From Vicugna vicugna (Eukaryota): a stretch of DNA of 64,000 nt. This document shows positions 25,600-38,160 of the stretch, piece after piece. Location: NCBI GenBank assembly GCA_013265495.1, contig MU058213.1:2108001-2172000 (forward strand), read 5' to 3'. The notes beneath the pieces are model-generated. The model made no database searches. It saw only the letters and a list, made by a program, of their open reading frames with translations, and was not told the DNA's origin. Position 1 is the stretch's first letter, and each line of letters begins with the position of its first letter. The position numbers were made by a program, and so were the translations under genes.

Positions 25600-26697
25600 T
25601 TATTTCAAGGCTCCGTTTTTGGCTTTTCTTTGTTCTGGTGATCTTTCCTAGAACCATGAATTTAAATATCACCGGATAACTCTTAAATGTGTATCTCTTA
25701 GCACCTGCTGAGCTCTAGACTTACATGCCCAAGTGCCTCCTCACACATATACCTCTCTTTGGGAATCTAACAGACATGTCAAGCTTAAGATTTTCTAAAC
25801 CGAAAGCTTAATTTCTATGGGCTGTTTCACCACTGTTTTCCCTAGTGGTCACCATTTCAGAAATGACCAAACCCAGTTGCTCAGGACCCTGACCAATCAA
25901 AATTTTCATTTTTCTTTCTCCTTCTATTCCATATCCAATCCACTAATAAGTCCTGTCAGAATACCTTCCAAAATAGGTTCAAATCAGACAACCTACAGCC
26001 ATCTGCACTGATAAACCCTAATCTAAGACACTTCCACTTCTCTTTTGAAATGATTACAGCAGCCTTTTAACGGGTCTCCTGGGTCCCTTCTTGTTCTCTC
26101 ATGGTCCATTCTCCATATAACCAAAGTAATCTGTCCAAAGCATGAATGCCATTACATCACTCTGCTGCCTAAAACTCCTCAGTGGCTTCACACAGCAGTG
26201 AGAAGACTGTCCAGGTTCCGACTGTGGCTTGCTAGTCCCTCCAAGAGCTGATTCCTGCTTCTCTCTTGGACCCTGTCTCCTCTCACTCTTCTTGTTGCTC
26301 ACTACAATTCTGCAAACTTGACTTCTTTCTTTTTTGGTCTCTTAAATACACCGTGTTCATTTCCTCGTGGGGCCTTTGTACTTGGTATTTCCTCTGCTTA
26401 AAATACTCTAATGATTTGTTTTCATGTAGCAGTCTCATTTTCATCACTGAAGACTCAGATCAATGTCACTTCACAGAGAGGTCTCTTCTCATGACATTAA
26501 TTCCAGTAGATCTTGTGCATACAAGTCACTCTATTCTGTTGCACTGCAGTACTTATTTCCATATGTATTTGTTATCTATGTCCATTGGAATAGACCTTTG
26601 AGGTCAAGGAATTTGATTATTGTGTATCTCCACTGCCTAAGAAAGAGTCTATCATGACAAGGCTCTGTAAGAACTTATTGACTCTCTGAATGAATGA
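25600..26697 (+). mobile_element. L2, about 1.1 kb 3' portion
   Basis: ctgagctctagactt..tctaacagacatgtcaagcttaa..ccagttgctcagg..tctgctgcctaaaactcctcagtggctt..tgaatgaatga. Confidence 0.85.
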
Positions 26698-26959
26698 GGA
26701 TTCTTACAAACACTTCATTGTCATCTTTGTGTCTAATTTCTTCCTTCAAATCACTTTCCTTCAAAATTAAAGTTCTTGAAACCTTAACTTCTTGTGTTCG
26801 AGAGCACATAAGAGCTTTCTCAGGAATCAAATTCCAAACTTCTCTTTCTTAATTTCAGGATGCTAATTTTCTTAACTCCTTCTTCATGAACTTTTTAACC
26901 CATGAACTTTTAAACTTTTTCCCCAAAATGTACCCTGAGATCAAAGACTGATTTCCCTG

Positions 26960-27245
26960 TCTCTGAGAATGTCTTTTCCCAGTTTCTCATCTTTGCTGTT
27001 TTGCTCCCAACTTAAATTCTCACCCAGTTCCGCATAGTTCAGTTTCCTCTCTCCTACCGAGAACACTCCTCTAGCCTATAGAAAGCTCTTCCTTTCCTGC
27101 TATGTACCTCTTATTTTTTACATTGTCATCAAATTCGTGTTATATATCCTTATACTACTTTATTTATGTGTCGGTAATCCCCCTGAAAGTAAAGACTAAA
27201 TCTTAATAGTAAAGTGCCTCCTCAATCTCCCAGCATAATGTTCGA
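26960..27245 (+). mobile_element. L2 3' fragment
   Basis: Degenerate L2 3' features ending cccagcataatg. Confidence 0.5.
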
Positions 27246-27789
27246 CTAATTCCCATTTTACTAGACATGATGACAGAAAAATATTTATTTATTGTAAAAA
27301 CCTATTTATTGTAAAAAACATATATAGAAAAGCCAGGGTGATGACAAAAAGCAACTGACATTTGATCTTGTTGTTAGGGAAGCAACAGGGTATGGTGGTG
27401 AGAATTATGGGTAGCTGCAGTCAGAGCACTCAGCTAAGGAGGGCAACCACAGCCCATGTCCAGGGAACTATTACTGTATAAAAATGGAGGCCCACTGTTC
27501 ATTGAGCCTCTGTTTATTTTTCCAAGGAGGACAAGAAATGCATCTCTTTTATGTTAAATCACTCAATTTTTAAAAGTTCAACGTATCTGAGACCCAGATC
27601 TGCAAACTGTATTTTTGCTTTTGCAGTGCTGACTCCAAATCTGTTCTGTGTTATCAATTCACTGAGTTCCAGGAATCTGTACTTCAACCCCCTACTTTCT
27701 CTTCATTCCCCCCATTTTAACTTGAACTTAGCAATGATTTCTTTTTTTCTCCTCTCCAACACTAGTCTTAGTATTTTACTGAAGATTTA

Positions 27790-28320
27790 AAAAAAATATA
27801 TTGTATGTGTTTTCTGATGACAAAGGTACTATACACCCCTGTAGACAACTTGGAAAATACTGAAAAGTATTTATAAGAACGTAAGAGTAATACTTATATA
27901 CATTACTATCATTTTTACTTATTTTCTTTCTGTATTTTGTATACGGTATATTTAGTTAACATAATAAAATCATTGAATTTATTTTTCATAGGATAAATTC
28001 TTCATGAAATTAAAAATTCTTGGTAAGCATTATTTTAGTGTCTGCATAAATTTCTATTGGTTGGAGTCATAATTTATTTAGCCGCTTCTCTGTTGGGCAG
28101 TTAGGTTGCTGCAGTGTTTTCCCCATAATAAACAAAGTTGCAGTGAACATTTTTTATACATATACTTCTGTCTATATTTTGAATTATTTTCTTAGAAATG
28201 AGGTCAATAGATTCAAATAAGTGAATATTTGTGAGGCCAAGTTGATTTCTAAAAACACTGCCAATGTATAATGCTGCCAGCAACTTAAAAGTATGTATTT
28301 TACTGCACACAGAATATTTG
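27790..28320 (-). mobile_element. Old L1ME 3' fragment
   Basis: ttgggcagttaggttg..aaacaaagttgcagtgaacatttttatacat..ccagcaac. Confidence 0.75.
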
Positions 28321-28689
28321 GATATCCTCATTAAAAATAGTTTAAGGTAATTGATAATTCCATGTCTCTCTCTTCTCAAGTCTTCTCTCTTACCATTGAC
28401 TTACCTCAGCCTAGGATCTATATTTTTTTCTTTTTATTTAAAGTGAAAATTGAGGATTCCTGTCCTCTGCCTGCACAGTTATCCATAGCCACGCTCATTC
28501 TTATTCTTTCCCACTTGCCTCAATACAAGAAATTACCTTTTTGACTTAGGTTAATTCCTCTACTTGCACTTTATCTCTCGTCTCTTTCTATATCCTTCAA
28601 GATCATCCTCTCTTAGCCATATTCTTATCTTCAGCATTTTCAGTACTTTGAAAAAAAATGTCAGTATATTCAGTCTCTCTCTTTTGGTT

Positions 28690-29000
28690 CTTTCTTCATT
28701 GCTATTCACAATACTCAGATTTGTGTTATTGAAAAATCTTTTCTTCATCCTAGTTTCCCCTTCTAATGATACTCTTATTTCTCTTCTTCCTTTCACAGCC
28801 AAGTTTCTTTGAAAGAGTGGTCTTAATGCCCTACATTAACTTTTTCCACCTCCAGCCTTCTCCTGGGCACCAGTGTCATTCCTTCTCTGGAACAAGTTTT
28901 GCTCAGATCACTAGTGATCTACAATATGTAAATCCACTGGGCTCCTTTTAGGACTCATCTTTCTTGTCCTCTGTGATCCTTTAATACTCTCTGACCCTAA
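28690..29000 (+). mobile_element. L2 internal fragment
   Basis: cctttcacagccaagtttctttgaaagagtgg..agatcactagtgatct. Confidence 0.7.
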
Positions 29001-31439
29001 CTGTATCTATGTGTACTTCTCTAGTGATAGGAGACAGACAGATTGAAGGAAATTGAAGCCATATTTCGACTTTAACAGAGTTGCCAGTTGTGGCCAATAA
29101 CTGGTAGTAATGGAAAAGAAAGAAGATTAATATGTTCAGAAAATACACTGAAAAAAGGGCATAATGTTATCAGCTGGTGTTTGTGGAACATGAGGACCTA
29201 TCGTGAGTAGTTTGTGGCACTAAAAGCCTGACACAGTAGACAGGAAGAATAATTAGGGATAGATGAGACCAAATGCAATGACAGATGAGGACCAGAAAAT
29301 AGTTAAGGCTAACAAGTCTGGCTTATTTTTTATTCGTTTATTTATTTAACTCATATTAAACACTTCATAGTGCTAAGCTCAGGTAATACATTGTTTCAAG
29401 GGGTAGAAAATTCATTGTCAATCTCAGCAGAAACAAGAAATTTGTAGTCATAGAAGCCAATGAAGAATCAGATCGGTCAGGGGTCTTCAGGGAATCTGGG
29501 GGGACAGGATGCATAGTGATTGCAGCCTCAATACATCCCAGTATCAACAGCAGCAAAGAAGGCAACTGGAACTCATTTTAGAGTAATATAAGATGTAAAG
29601 GAAGGAAATAATGGTGTAAGAAGGGATTATGGCAGAGACAGAGGGGAAAATCAGAAGAGTAGACACTTTAAAGGTGGTAGTGATGAGGCTGAAATGCTGG
29701 GACACAGGTCCTAATAAGGGTACCTTTGGGAGATGCCAGTAGAATCATAGTCAATCTGAAGTTATAGTCTGTTAGAAATAAATACAGGATAATCCCGATG
29801 CAATCAATTGTTTGCTTAAAAAGTATTGTCTAGTTAAGGGGATAAAGTCTTCATAAAAAATTCAAATAAGTTATGTTGGAATATAGATATAAGTCTCTTA
29901 TTTTGGAACTGTAAAGGTAATGCAAACTTCAGGACATCAGATCAACTCAGATTTCAAGATTGCCTTGACCACAACAGATGTAACACATTAGAATTTCCTA
30001 GCGTCAATAAAAGGGCCCAGACATATTGTTCTACATCACAAGATTTTTTCATGGTGCCTATCGAAATAAATCAGGAGCACATCCATCAAATGTCACTTGG
30101 AATATTTCAGAGTATATTCTCTCAAGAGAAAATAAATATCCATTCTAATTAAGTTTCCTGAATTTGAAATCCAGCCAGAGCAAGACAAATTCTGTCAGAG
30201 TCCTCTTCATCAGTTTAAGACTTGGATAGTATCTCCATGTGGAACTGGATGGCCACAAGCCTGCCCAGTTAATTTTGCCTTTCTTCAATCCCACTGCCCT
30301 CAGTCAAATCAAGAGAATGGTAATTCTTATCAATCTCCAAGCTATCCACAGTGACCAGACCAGGTACACTGTTATCCAGTGACTTTCTCTAGCAATGTTC
30401 TGTAGCCTTAGAGCAGGCAAGGGGAAGCAAGCAACAGACATGATCTGGTATTGGAAAACTGGAATTTGAAGGACTGTGTTTATGTCTAGGTCAGGCAGAA
30501 AATCCTACGTGCAGCCTAATTGCCTGTGGATGAGAAGGTATTTAGTGACTGAAGACCTCTCCAAGAGCTGCTTTGGGCGGTTGTGGAATAGTGAAAGAAA
30601 AGGGTGATAATGAAATTTCCATCTGAGAGAGGGAGTGCTTAGTATTTAGACCTTGGAAGCTCATAAAAATGAAAGGTAATATGAAATAGAGAAGACATTG
30701 TGCAGGGACTTAGAAGGTTAAAACCTCAGTAGGTCTTTAACATGAATATCTACATCGCTTATAACTCTTAATGGGTTGGCTGGCTGATTGATTGGTTTAT
30801 TGGCCAAATGCAAACCTAAGAATTACGATTTTAAATCTTGAAGATCCAGTAAGGAGACCTTTGGTTGGGGAAATTGAGCTTTCCCGTTGAGATGGTGGAC
30901 CGTGCTTGATTCTATTTCTAGCTTTGAATAGTCCCATGTTTATCAAATAAAACTTTTCGGTATAATTTGAGGAATTTATGGGATCTTCAGTGTTCTCAGT
31001 TGTCAGTGATGAAACATTTAACATATCCAAAATAGTTTATATAAGTAAATGCACATTATAAAGCACAATAATTTCAGATACAAAGCGAAATTTCATTTTA
31101 ATTTTTGTCTGTATACATTGTGCTTTTACATTGTACAAGTGTAAGAAGATATCATCATGTAAATATTTTCAATGAAAATGAACAAAACTGTCCTCTCAGT
31201 GTTTGCTGGATTTACTCTAAACTATTTCGTTCGCCTTCAGGTCATTAGGGATGTTACCACATTACTTTCATAAAATAACAGTCTATATTACAGAATTCAA
31301 AATGTATTCACAAAGTAGATTACTCAGAACCTTGTAGGGAAATCTTAAAATCTTGAGATCTCAGGTTGTTATTCTTAAATCACATGTTCTTTTCACCTAC
31401 TTCAAAGCAGATCATTGAGAAAAGATTCACCATTTCCTT

Positions 31440-31710
31440 GGTTATGAACATAAATTTTGGAATCAAAACTGAAATCGAATCAGACTTGCTGGGTTTATAA
31501 TTGCTCTGCTACCTGGTATTTACTATAACCTGGGCAAGTTACTTAAACTTGATGATGCCACATTTTGTTCACCTGAAGAGTAGTTATACTCTACATAGTA
31601 TATATGCTCTGTAATAATAGTTCTGACCTACCTGTGTTGGTGTGAGGATGAATGAAATAAGGAAAACAATAAAAACAGAAACTTTGTATTATAGGTGTTA
31701 GCTATTTTTA
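31440..31710 (+). mobile_element. MIR
   Basis: aacctgggcaagttacttaa..tgtgaggatgaatgaaataa..gttagctatt. Confidence 0.75.
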
Positions 31711-32679
31711 TAAAAATCCCCCTAAGGGAAATCGATTTTCCAAGGACATGCATGAAGAGGAAATTACAAGCAGGAATGATTCATATTTGTTGATCAGTGA
31801 ATGTGTGACATATGGAGCTCCCTGTTTCAGGGCAGAGGTATCAAAACCTGTTGCTCCCTTTGACACATTAAGCAGATTGAAATTGCAAATACTGTAATAC
31901 AAACACAGAGATCATGTAAATACCCACTGTCTCAAGCTCTTGCTAAAGTAAGATGTTTAGAGGCGGGGGGAACCCTCGGAGACCATTAATAGTTGGTAAT
32001 GAATAGCCCTACTACTGATCCAGGTTTATGACTCCACCGTGGAACATTTACACTGCTGCCTCTGGATTTCTACAAAATTTTGATGTTCAATATCTGCTTT
32101 AGCAGCACCTACTTAGGTTGTAGCTGATGATTCTATCTGGCAACTATTCTCCACTTTCCTAGTAATGGCCTCCTCCTCCCTTCTGCATGTTATGTAGATA
32201 AAACAGTCAGTCAAGATGTCCCATTTTCTCTAGCCAAGGGATTAGTCAGGACAATTAAACCTGTACTCCAGGATACTGAATCTTAAGTGAACTGATTCAA
32301 GGACTTAAAATGGTTATCATGGCTCCTTCTAGATGGCAATACTTAGAACCCAGGAGAGACTGGGTTTTTTTTATCTGTTTTTCTTTTCTTTTTTCAAATA
32401 AGAACCCCAGAGCTGTTCTTCTTTCTCCTTTGTTCAAAACCTGTTTCTGAACTTTTAAAATCAAGTATGAGCTTATCAATAGCCTCCATTATTTTTAACT
32501 TAGGGTGTGTTTCTGTCTTATGCAATAAAAGAACTCCTAAGATCAGGAGGTTTTTACTTAATAGAGTGAACACTGCATGATTTTGCCTATTTTCTGACAG
32601 TTGATATAAATAGTGAACTGATAATGTGATACATTCAAAAGAAAGAACATAATTAATTTTTTAACAGATATTTGTAATA

Positions 32680-32980
32680 AAAAGTCAGCATAGAGCAGGT
32701 TAAAAGGCTAGATGATGCCTCAAATGGGGGGCAGGCAGACATACAGAAATAGTTCTACTTCAGATTACCCCAGAAATTGAGCATTCCTCTATTCGTTTTT
32801 TGTTAGGTCTTGATCAAGTCATTTCATCTTTTTCTCTGAGCCAATTTCCTCACCTGTGATGTGAGGATAATTCTGGCAAAAAGCTACTGTAATTATTGAC
32901 TGAAATGAGGCATACGAAAGCGTCTGGCACTTAACTTCACTCCTGGTAAGAATTCTGTAAATACTATTTATTTATTATGA
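32680..32980 (+). mobile_element. MIR
   Basis: ctctgagccaatttcctcacctgtga..gaaagcgtctggcac. Confidence 0.7.
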
Positions 32981-32984
32981 TCTA

Positions 32985-33120
32985 AATGAGCATTTAAGTC
33001 TATCTCCTTTACCAAAGAGGGCAGAAAGCATATCTATTTTCTTTACCATTCTACCTCTAGTTCTGAACATAATGTGCATATAAATGGTGCTCAATAAATA
33101 TTTCTTGAATAAATGATTAA
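32985..33120 (+). mobile_element. L2 3' terminus
   Basis: gagggcagaaagcatatct..ggtgctcaataaatatttcttgaataaatga. Confidence 0.75.
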
Positions 33121-33356
33121 AATAAAAGCAAAATGATAAATAGAACCATTAGAGATCGTATCACCTTTGTCATTCATTTTTTCCCCAGTTTTATTCTATT
33201 TAGTCAGAATTCAGAAATTCCTACTTTTCATAACATTTAAAAAAAATACATGTATCAAAGTTTTAGGATTTACTTCCATTAAACTGAGAAGTTTGAAAGA
33301 GGAGTAGGAGGACATTTTACCTTTGAGTGGTTGAATGTTTTACTACTTGTTAGCAT

Positions 33357-33863
33357 TGTCGACTGAAATAAATTGCACAGCCTAAAAGTTGAGAGTTAAA
33401 TTTTACTGGGCAGGATTTCCTGAGGACTCTAGCCCAGGATATAGCATCTTGGATAGCTCTGAGAGGCTATTTCAAATTGGCAAGGTATAAGCCAGGATAT
33501 ATGTTTTTGCAACAAAGACCAGATAGTAGAAACATCAAAAGATTACTTTTAATTAAAGAAAATCAGATATCTCAAGATAAGGAATTTAGCACTTTTCTTT
33601 GTAGGGGAAGGTACAAGGGTCTAGGTTCATTGAAATCATTCCTTTGGTATGCACCCAGGTAACTAGGGCCAGTATCCTGTTCTTCCACATCCTGAGTTCC
33701 CTCAGGATGCACGGTTGAGGGGTGGCTGAAGAGGCCAGGCTTCCTGCTTGTCAGCATCCTGAGTTCCCTCTGTTCACTGTCAGGTGTGGCAGTAGTGGCT
33801 GATGACTTGATGGTCACAGCATCCTATATTTACTGATAAGGCTGGCAATATTTTTCATTCACA
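33357..33863 (-). mobile_element. Complete ERV1-class solo LTR (MER41-like), 507 bp
   Basis: TG...CA termini; 4-bp TSD GCAT at 33353-33356 and 33864-33867; internal direct repeat catcctgagttccctc. Family name and strand from recalled similarity. Confidence 0.88.
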
Positions 33864-34489
33864 GCATTTCTTATCATAAGTGTAAAAATGAGAATAGGTA
33901 ATTGGCAAAATAATTCTGTTCAGTGTAGGCGTGCACACCTTACCCACAGCATATGCAGGAACGTGCAGGCATCCTTGTCATTGAACACAGCACTCCCTTT
34001 TTGTCCTTGTGCCTTTGTTTGTCCTATCTGTACCCTACCAAGCTTGCAGAGTCTTGCATTTAAAAAAGACTTAGGCAGTATTGGAAAGAGTTCATGGCAC
34101 ATACAGATGTTCAAATGCTTGCTTAGAGTTAACAGGAGAAACTTGATTCCAGGATTTACATGAAAAAGTGGTCAAGTTAGCAGCACGTGACCCACTGGGG
34201 AATATCCACTGTGTTAAAAATGTAGTATATAAACATTTGGTTTCATACATGTTTTCAAAAATTGCTATTTAAAAATACCTAATACTTTTAAATCATTGTT
34301 TGAATGTTACAACTCCAATCATACACACTCATTTTAGAACAATAAAAAGACAGTAGCAAAGTCGTGAAATATTAAACATAGTTTTATCATTAACACAAAC
34401 ATAATAACTAATAACTGGTTCAGTATTTCCAAAGTACATTTCTATACATTGTATACATATGTGTACGTTTTGTTGAAAACTTACAATGT

Positions 34490-34760
34490 ATACATGATAC
34501 AAATTCAAACACTAGAGGTGTATTCAATGTAAAGTGAGTTTCCCACCTTGCTCCCTGAGCCCCCAAGTCCCTCTCCTCAGCGACACAGCCATCACTAGGA
34601 TTCTCTGCATTCTTGTAGCAAAATTTGATGCGTATATGCATATTTATGTGTATCTCTTTTTTAAATTTCATATCGGAACATTTTTCTACACTGTGCTTTT
34701 TAAAAAAAAACACTTTATCTTGGAGATTTTATTCTATGTCAACACATATTAAGTTATATA
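34490..34760 (-). mobile_element. Old L1ME 3' fragment
   Basis: aaattcaaac..cagccatcactaggattctctgcattctt..tacactgtgcttt..tatcttggagatttt. Confidence 0.65.
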
Positions 34761-34839
34761 TCTAACACTGAAATAGGAATCAAAATTCAGTGGAAACCCT
34801 GAAGCACCAGGATGTGATGATAGTGCTGATACAGTCTGA

Positions 34840-34955
34840 GTCCCCCTTTTATGGGTGAGGAGACTGAGGCTCAAGGAAGTGACATGAAAATGAGACAGGG
34901 ACAGAGCAGGGCTGGGGCACAAGCGATCTGGTTCTCAGTCCTGTGACTTTGCATT
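34840..34955 (-). mobile_element. MIR core
   Basis: ccccttttatgggtgaggagactgaggctcaaggaagtga. Confidence 0.75.
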
Positions 34956-36029
34956 GAACCCTGGGTCTAAGATCCCAGGAATCCTAGAAGACTTACATGG
35001 GGGGCAGGTGGCAAAGAATGAGTAAAATAGTGAAAGGAAGAGAAAAAAATTACGAACATGGTAACTATGGTGAGCTGGTCACTGTATTCGGTTGAGAGAA
35101 GTTTAAGGGTCCTTTGCTAAAAGTCTTAACCTGAAGGGACTTGTATTTAACCTGGAGTGGATATTCAGAGGTCTTGGAAATGAGATGCTGCTGCAATTAC
35201 TGGCTCTCTGTTGGCCAGAAAACAGAGGGCTTCTTCTCCCTCTTCTCCATCCCCATGGCATGGCTCAGCCCTCAGGAGCCCAGGCCAAGTCCACTGAGGG
35301 TTGTTCAGTTCTGGGCCGGAGCCCTGGGGCCCAGGACAGCCCAGTTCACCAATCGGAGCTCCAGGAGCGCCTCTCAAAGAAATATTTGACCTAATTAGGC
35401 AAAATATTTTATAAAGTAAAAGATCTGTGGGGATATTGCTATGCCAAACACAGTGGGGAGACAATCATTTTCTGTATCTGCTTTTTAACACTTTACTTTC
35501 TCCTGGACCGAATCAACTCACCCATTATCTATGTGGTAAATTCTGTCTTTCAGATAGAACTGACTAACCAACCATCTAACTGCTTCCCACAAAATAACCA
35601 CACTTCTTTGTAGTAACTTTTCTTGGTATCTTTAGCAAAATAGCATTTAAATTTACATATAGCTATGACTTTAAAGGTATACCATCTTTCTGATAGAGTG
35701 CTATAGTTTATTACAGCTAGGATTTAACGCGTTGAAAATATTTAACAAAGCCAATGGATCCTGACTTTGAGTTCATTCTGTAAACATAGTTTTGATCACA
35801 TACTTGGTATAAGTCTCTGTGCTGGGATTAGGGGAGGCTGAATGGTGGGCAGGGTGAATGATCAGTATAATATAGTTTCTACCCCAAGGAGCTCACACTC
35901 CAGCAAGGATTCCAACCCATGCATAATTACCTACAATACAGAGAGATCCCTCTTTATATCTTACTCCTCCTGGGGTTTAAAAGCAGAATACAATAATAAC
36001 ACTGTAAAGACAATGTCTCAGGGATTATA

Positions 36030-36600
36030 GAGGCCTAAAGAGAAACTGTTAGACAAATGTGAATCTCACCCCAAATTCTAAAGGATTAAGTGAAAATTAG
36101 AGGAAAACAGAACTGGATATTTATCCAGCATCTGGAGAGAAAATAGATTTTTATGTCAAGTAACAAGCACAGCCTAATTGAAAACATTTACAAATGAAAG
36201 TCCTTAACATAGTTTTAAAAAGATTTGCACTAACATGTATAAAATTTTTCAAACAACCAAAATAAGTACAGACTATAGACTAGGAAAATACTGTAGCAAT
36301 TATGACAAATGAAGGGTTACTATTTCTTAGATATAAAGTGTTCATGTACATAAAAATTCACAAAGGCCTCAAAAGACAAATAAAGGATTTAAGTGGCTAT
36401 TTCATAAATGAGTTAATACAATTAATAAACAAATATTTAGACAATTTCAACTTCACTAACAATCAAAGTAATACAAGTTAAAAAACAAGGTTGAATCATA
36501 TTTTTCTTATTACATCAGCAGAAGTTTTAAAATAACATAAACCAGTAGTTCCACACTGTAGTATATTAAATAAATAGTTGTTGAATGAGTAGATGGATTG
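36030..36600 (+). mobile_element. Old L1M ORF2 3' fragment
   Basis: agactaggaaaata..tatgacaaatgaagggttac..caacttcactaacaatcaaagtaatacaa. Confidence 0.7.
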
Positions 36601-37049
36601 ATGAATATTAGATGAATCCAAGATTATAAATTCTTTGTGATTGAAATCTATGCATATGAATAAAGGTATATATATTACAAAATACTTATGGAACAATGGT
36701 CATTGCTCTTTATCTCAGTTTCCTTATCTGTAAAATGAAGAAAAAGGAACACATTACTTTCAATATTCTTTCCTTTTATTTAAATTATTTTTCCAAGTTT
36801 TTTTTTTCCCCAAATTTCTGTTACATAGTATTCTATTTCTTATACTCACTCTCTAATGAAGTTTCCTTCTGTACTTGAATCTAAGGAGTAGGCTAACCTG
36901 AAATGGGAAAGTAGCAGTGGGGAAGGAACCAGTGAGAGAAGGGGAAAGGCCAGGGCTTGCAAGATAAAAAGAACAGACCCTATCAGTAGTCAAAGAGTTG
37001 AGAAGTAGGCTGGCATGGTCGAATCCTCAGAAACTTCATGCAATGTTGT

Positions 37050-37375
37050 GAAAAGTGTGCTCCTGTTTCAGAATCATCACAGTTGCTTTCTGAAAATGCA
37101 GATTGCTGAGCCTAATCCAGAAGTACTGAATCCTGGTCCTTAAGGACAGGCCTTGTATGCATCTTCTTAAAGTGATTCTCATGCACTATAAAGTCTGAGA
37201 ACCATCAATTGTCAGCATGCTTAAGAATCATCAGGAAGCTTATAAATAAACTATTCCTGGATCACACCACTAGAGATGCTGATAACGCTGCAGCTGCAGT
37301 ATTCTTAAGGTCTGCATTATTAGCAAGCACCTTGGGTCTTTGAAGCAACTGGTTCACAAATTGAACTTAGGAAAA
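37050..37375. mobile_element. Two adjacent MER5-family (hAT-Charlie) MITE remnants
   Basis: aaaatgcagattgctgagcc..tgattctcatgcactataaagtctgagaacca; second copy agaatcatcagg..tctgcattattagcaagcacc. Confidence 0.75.
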
Positions 37376-37589
37376 TAATGTTATAGGTTCTTTGAATAAA
37401 GTTAAAAATGGTCAGGAAAACAAAGAATCAGATGATCTGACTAGGATTAGATATTAAGAACAGCATCAGAATGACATCTTAATTCCTTATTTGTTTATTT
37501 CTTTGCTTACATGACACTCTAGTCCTGGTCAATTTGTTTAACATTGAAATAAACATAATAAGAGAATTTTGTGAGAGAATCTTGGCCTT

Positions 37590-38160
37590 TCTTGTCGCTA
37601 CACCATCGTTAGTGGTCATCCTGTAGGTTGTAAGCAGACGAAGGAGTGACTCTGTGAGCTCACTTCTTCAGTAAAGAGTGATTTCATCCAACTGAGCCTC
37701 CCAGAATTCTTTAACGGGTGGCTGCGGTTAATGCCCGAGTCAGGCGTGGCCAGCCGGTGGTGTCAAACACCCTCCTTCCAGCTGGCTGGGCCTTTAGGTT
37801 GGAAGTCAGAACAAAGTGGGAAGGCACTTGACTACTAGAGACTTCAATAAAGAAGATACAGTGAAGAAAGAAAAGAAAAAAGGAAGTTGCATTCTCCTAC
37901 TTCCCCCGGGAGGGAACTTATACCAATAAGTACATCAGTTCTTAGATAACAAGTGGTCATTATTTGTCATTTGCCTGAACGCAGGCTTGACATTAGTGGA
38001 AATCCAGGGCAATGAGCATCGCAAGTCTCCTTGGCAAAATTTTGCATTTAAGGAAGTGTAACTCTGGTAATTCAGACTGCGGACAGAAATTTCACACCGA
38101 GGCTGGAAGAACCTCTTCTCCTGCACCTCCCTTCACCACACACACCCCCTTCCTTTAGCA
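37590..38160. promoter_or_regulatory. CpG-enriched non-repetitive block, candidate enhancer/promoter
   Basis: 13 CpGs counted in 37596-38099; ETS cores AGGAAGT near 37881 and 38051, CCAAT near 37923, AGATAA near 37944, CTCF-like tggccagccggtggtgtca at 37747-37765. Confidence 0.45.

Noticed and set aside
26883..27317. Short tandem duplications (catgaactttt x2 near 26885; tatttattgtaaaaa x2 at 27286-27317)
   Set aside because: Ordinary slippage duplications in AT-rich DNA.
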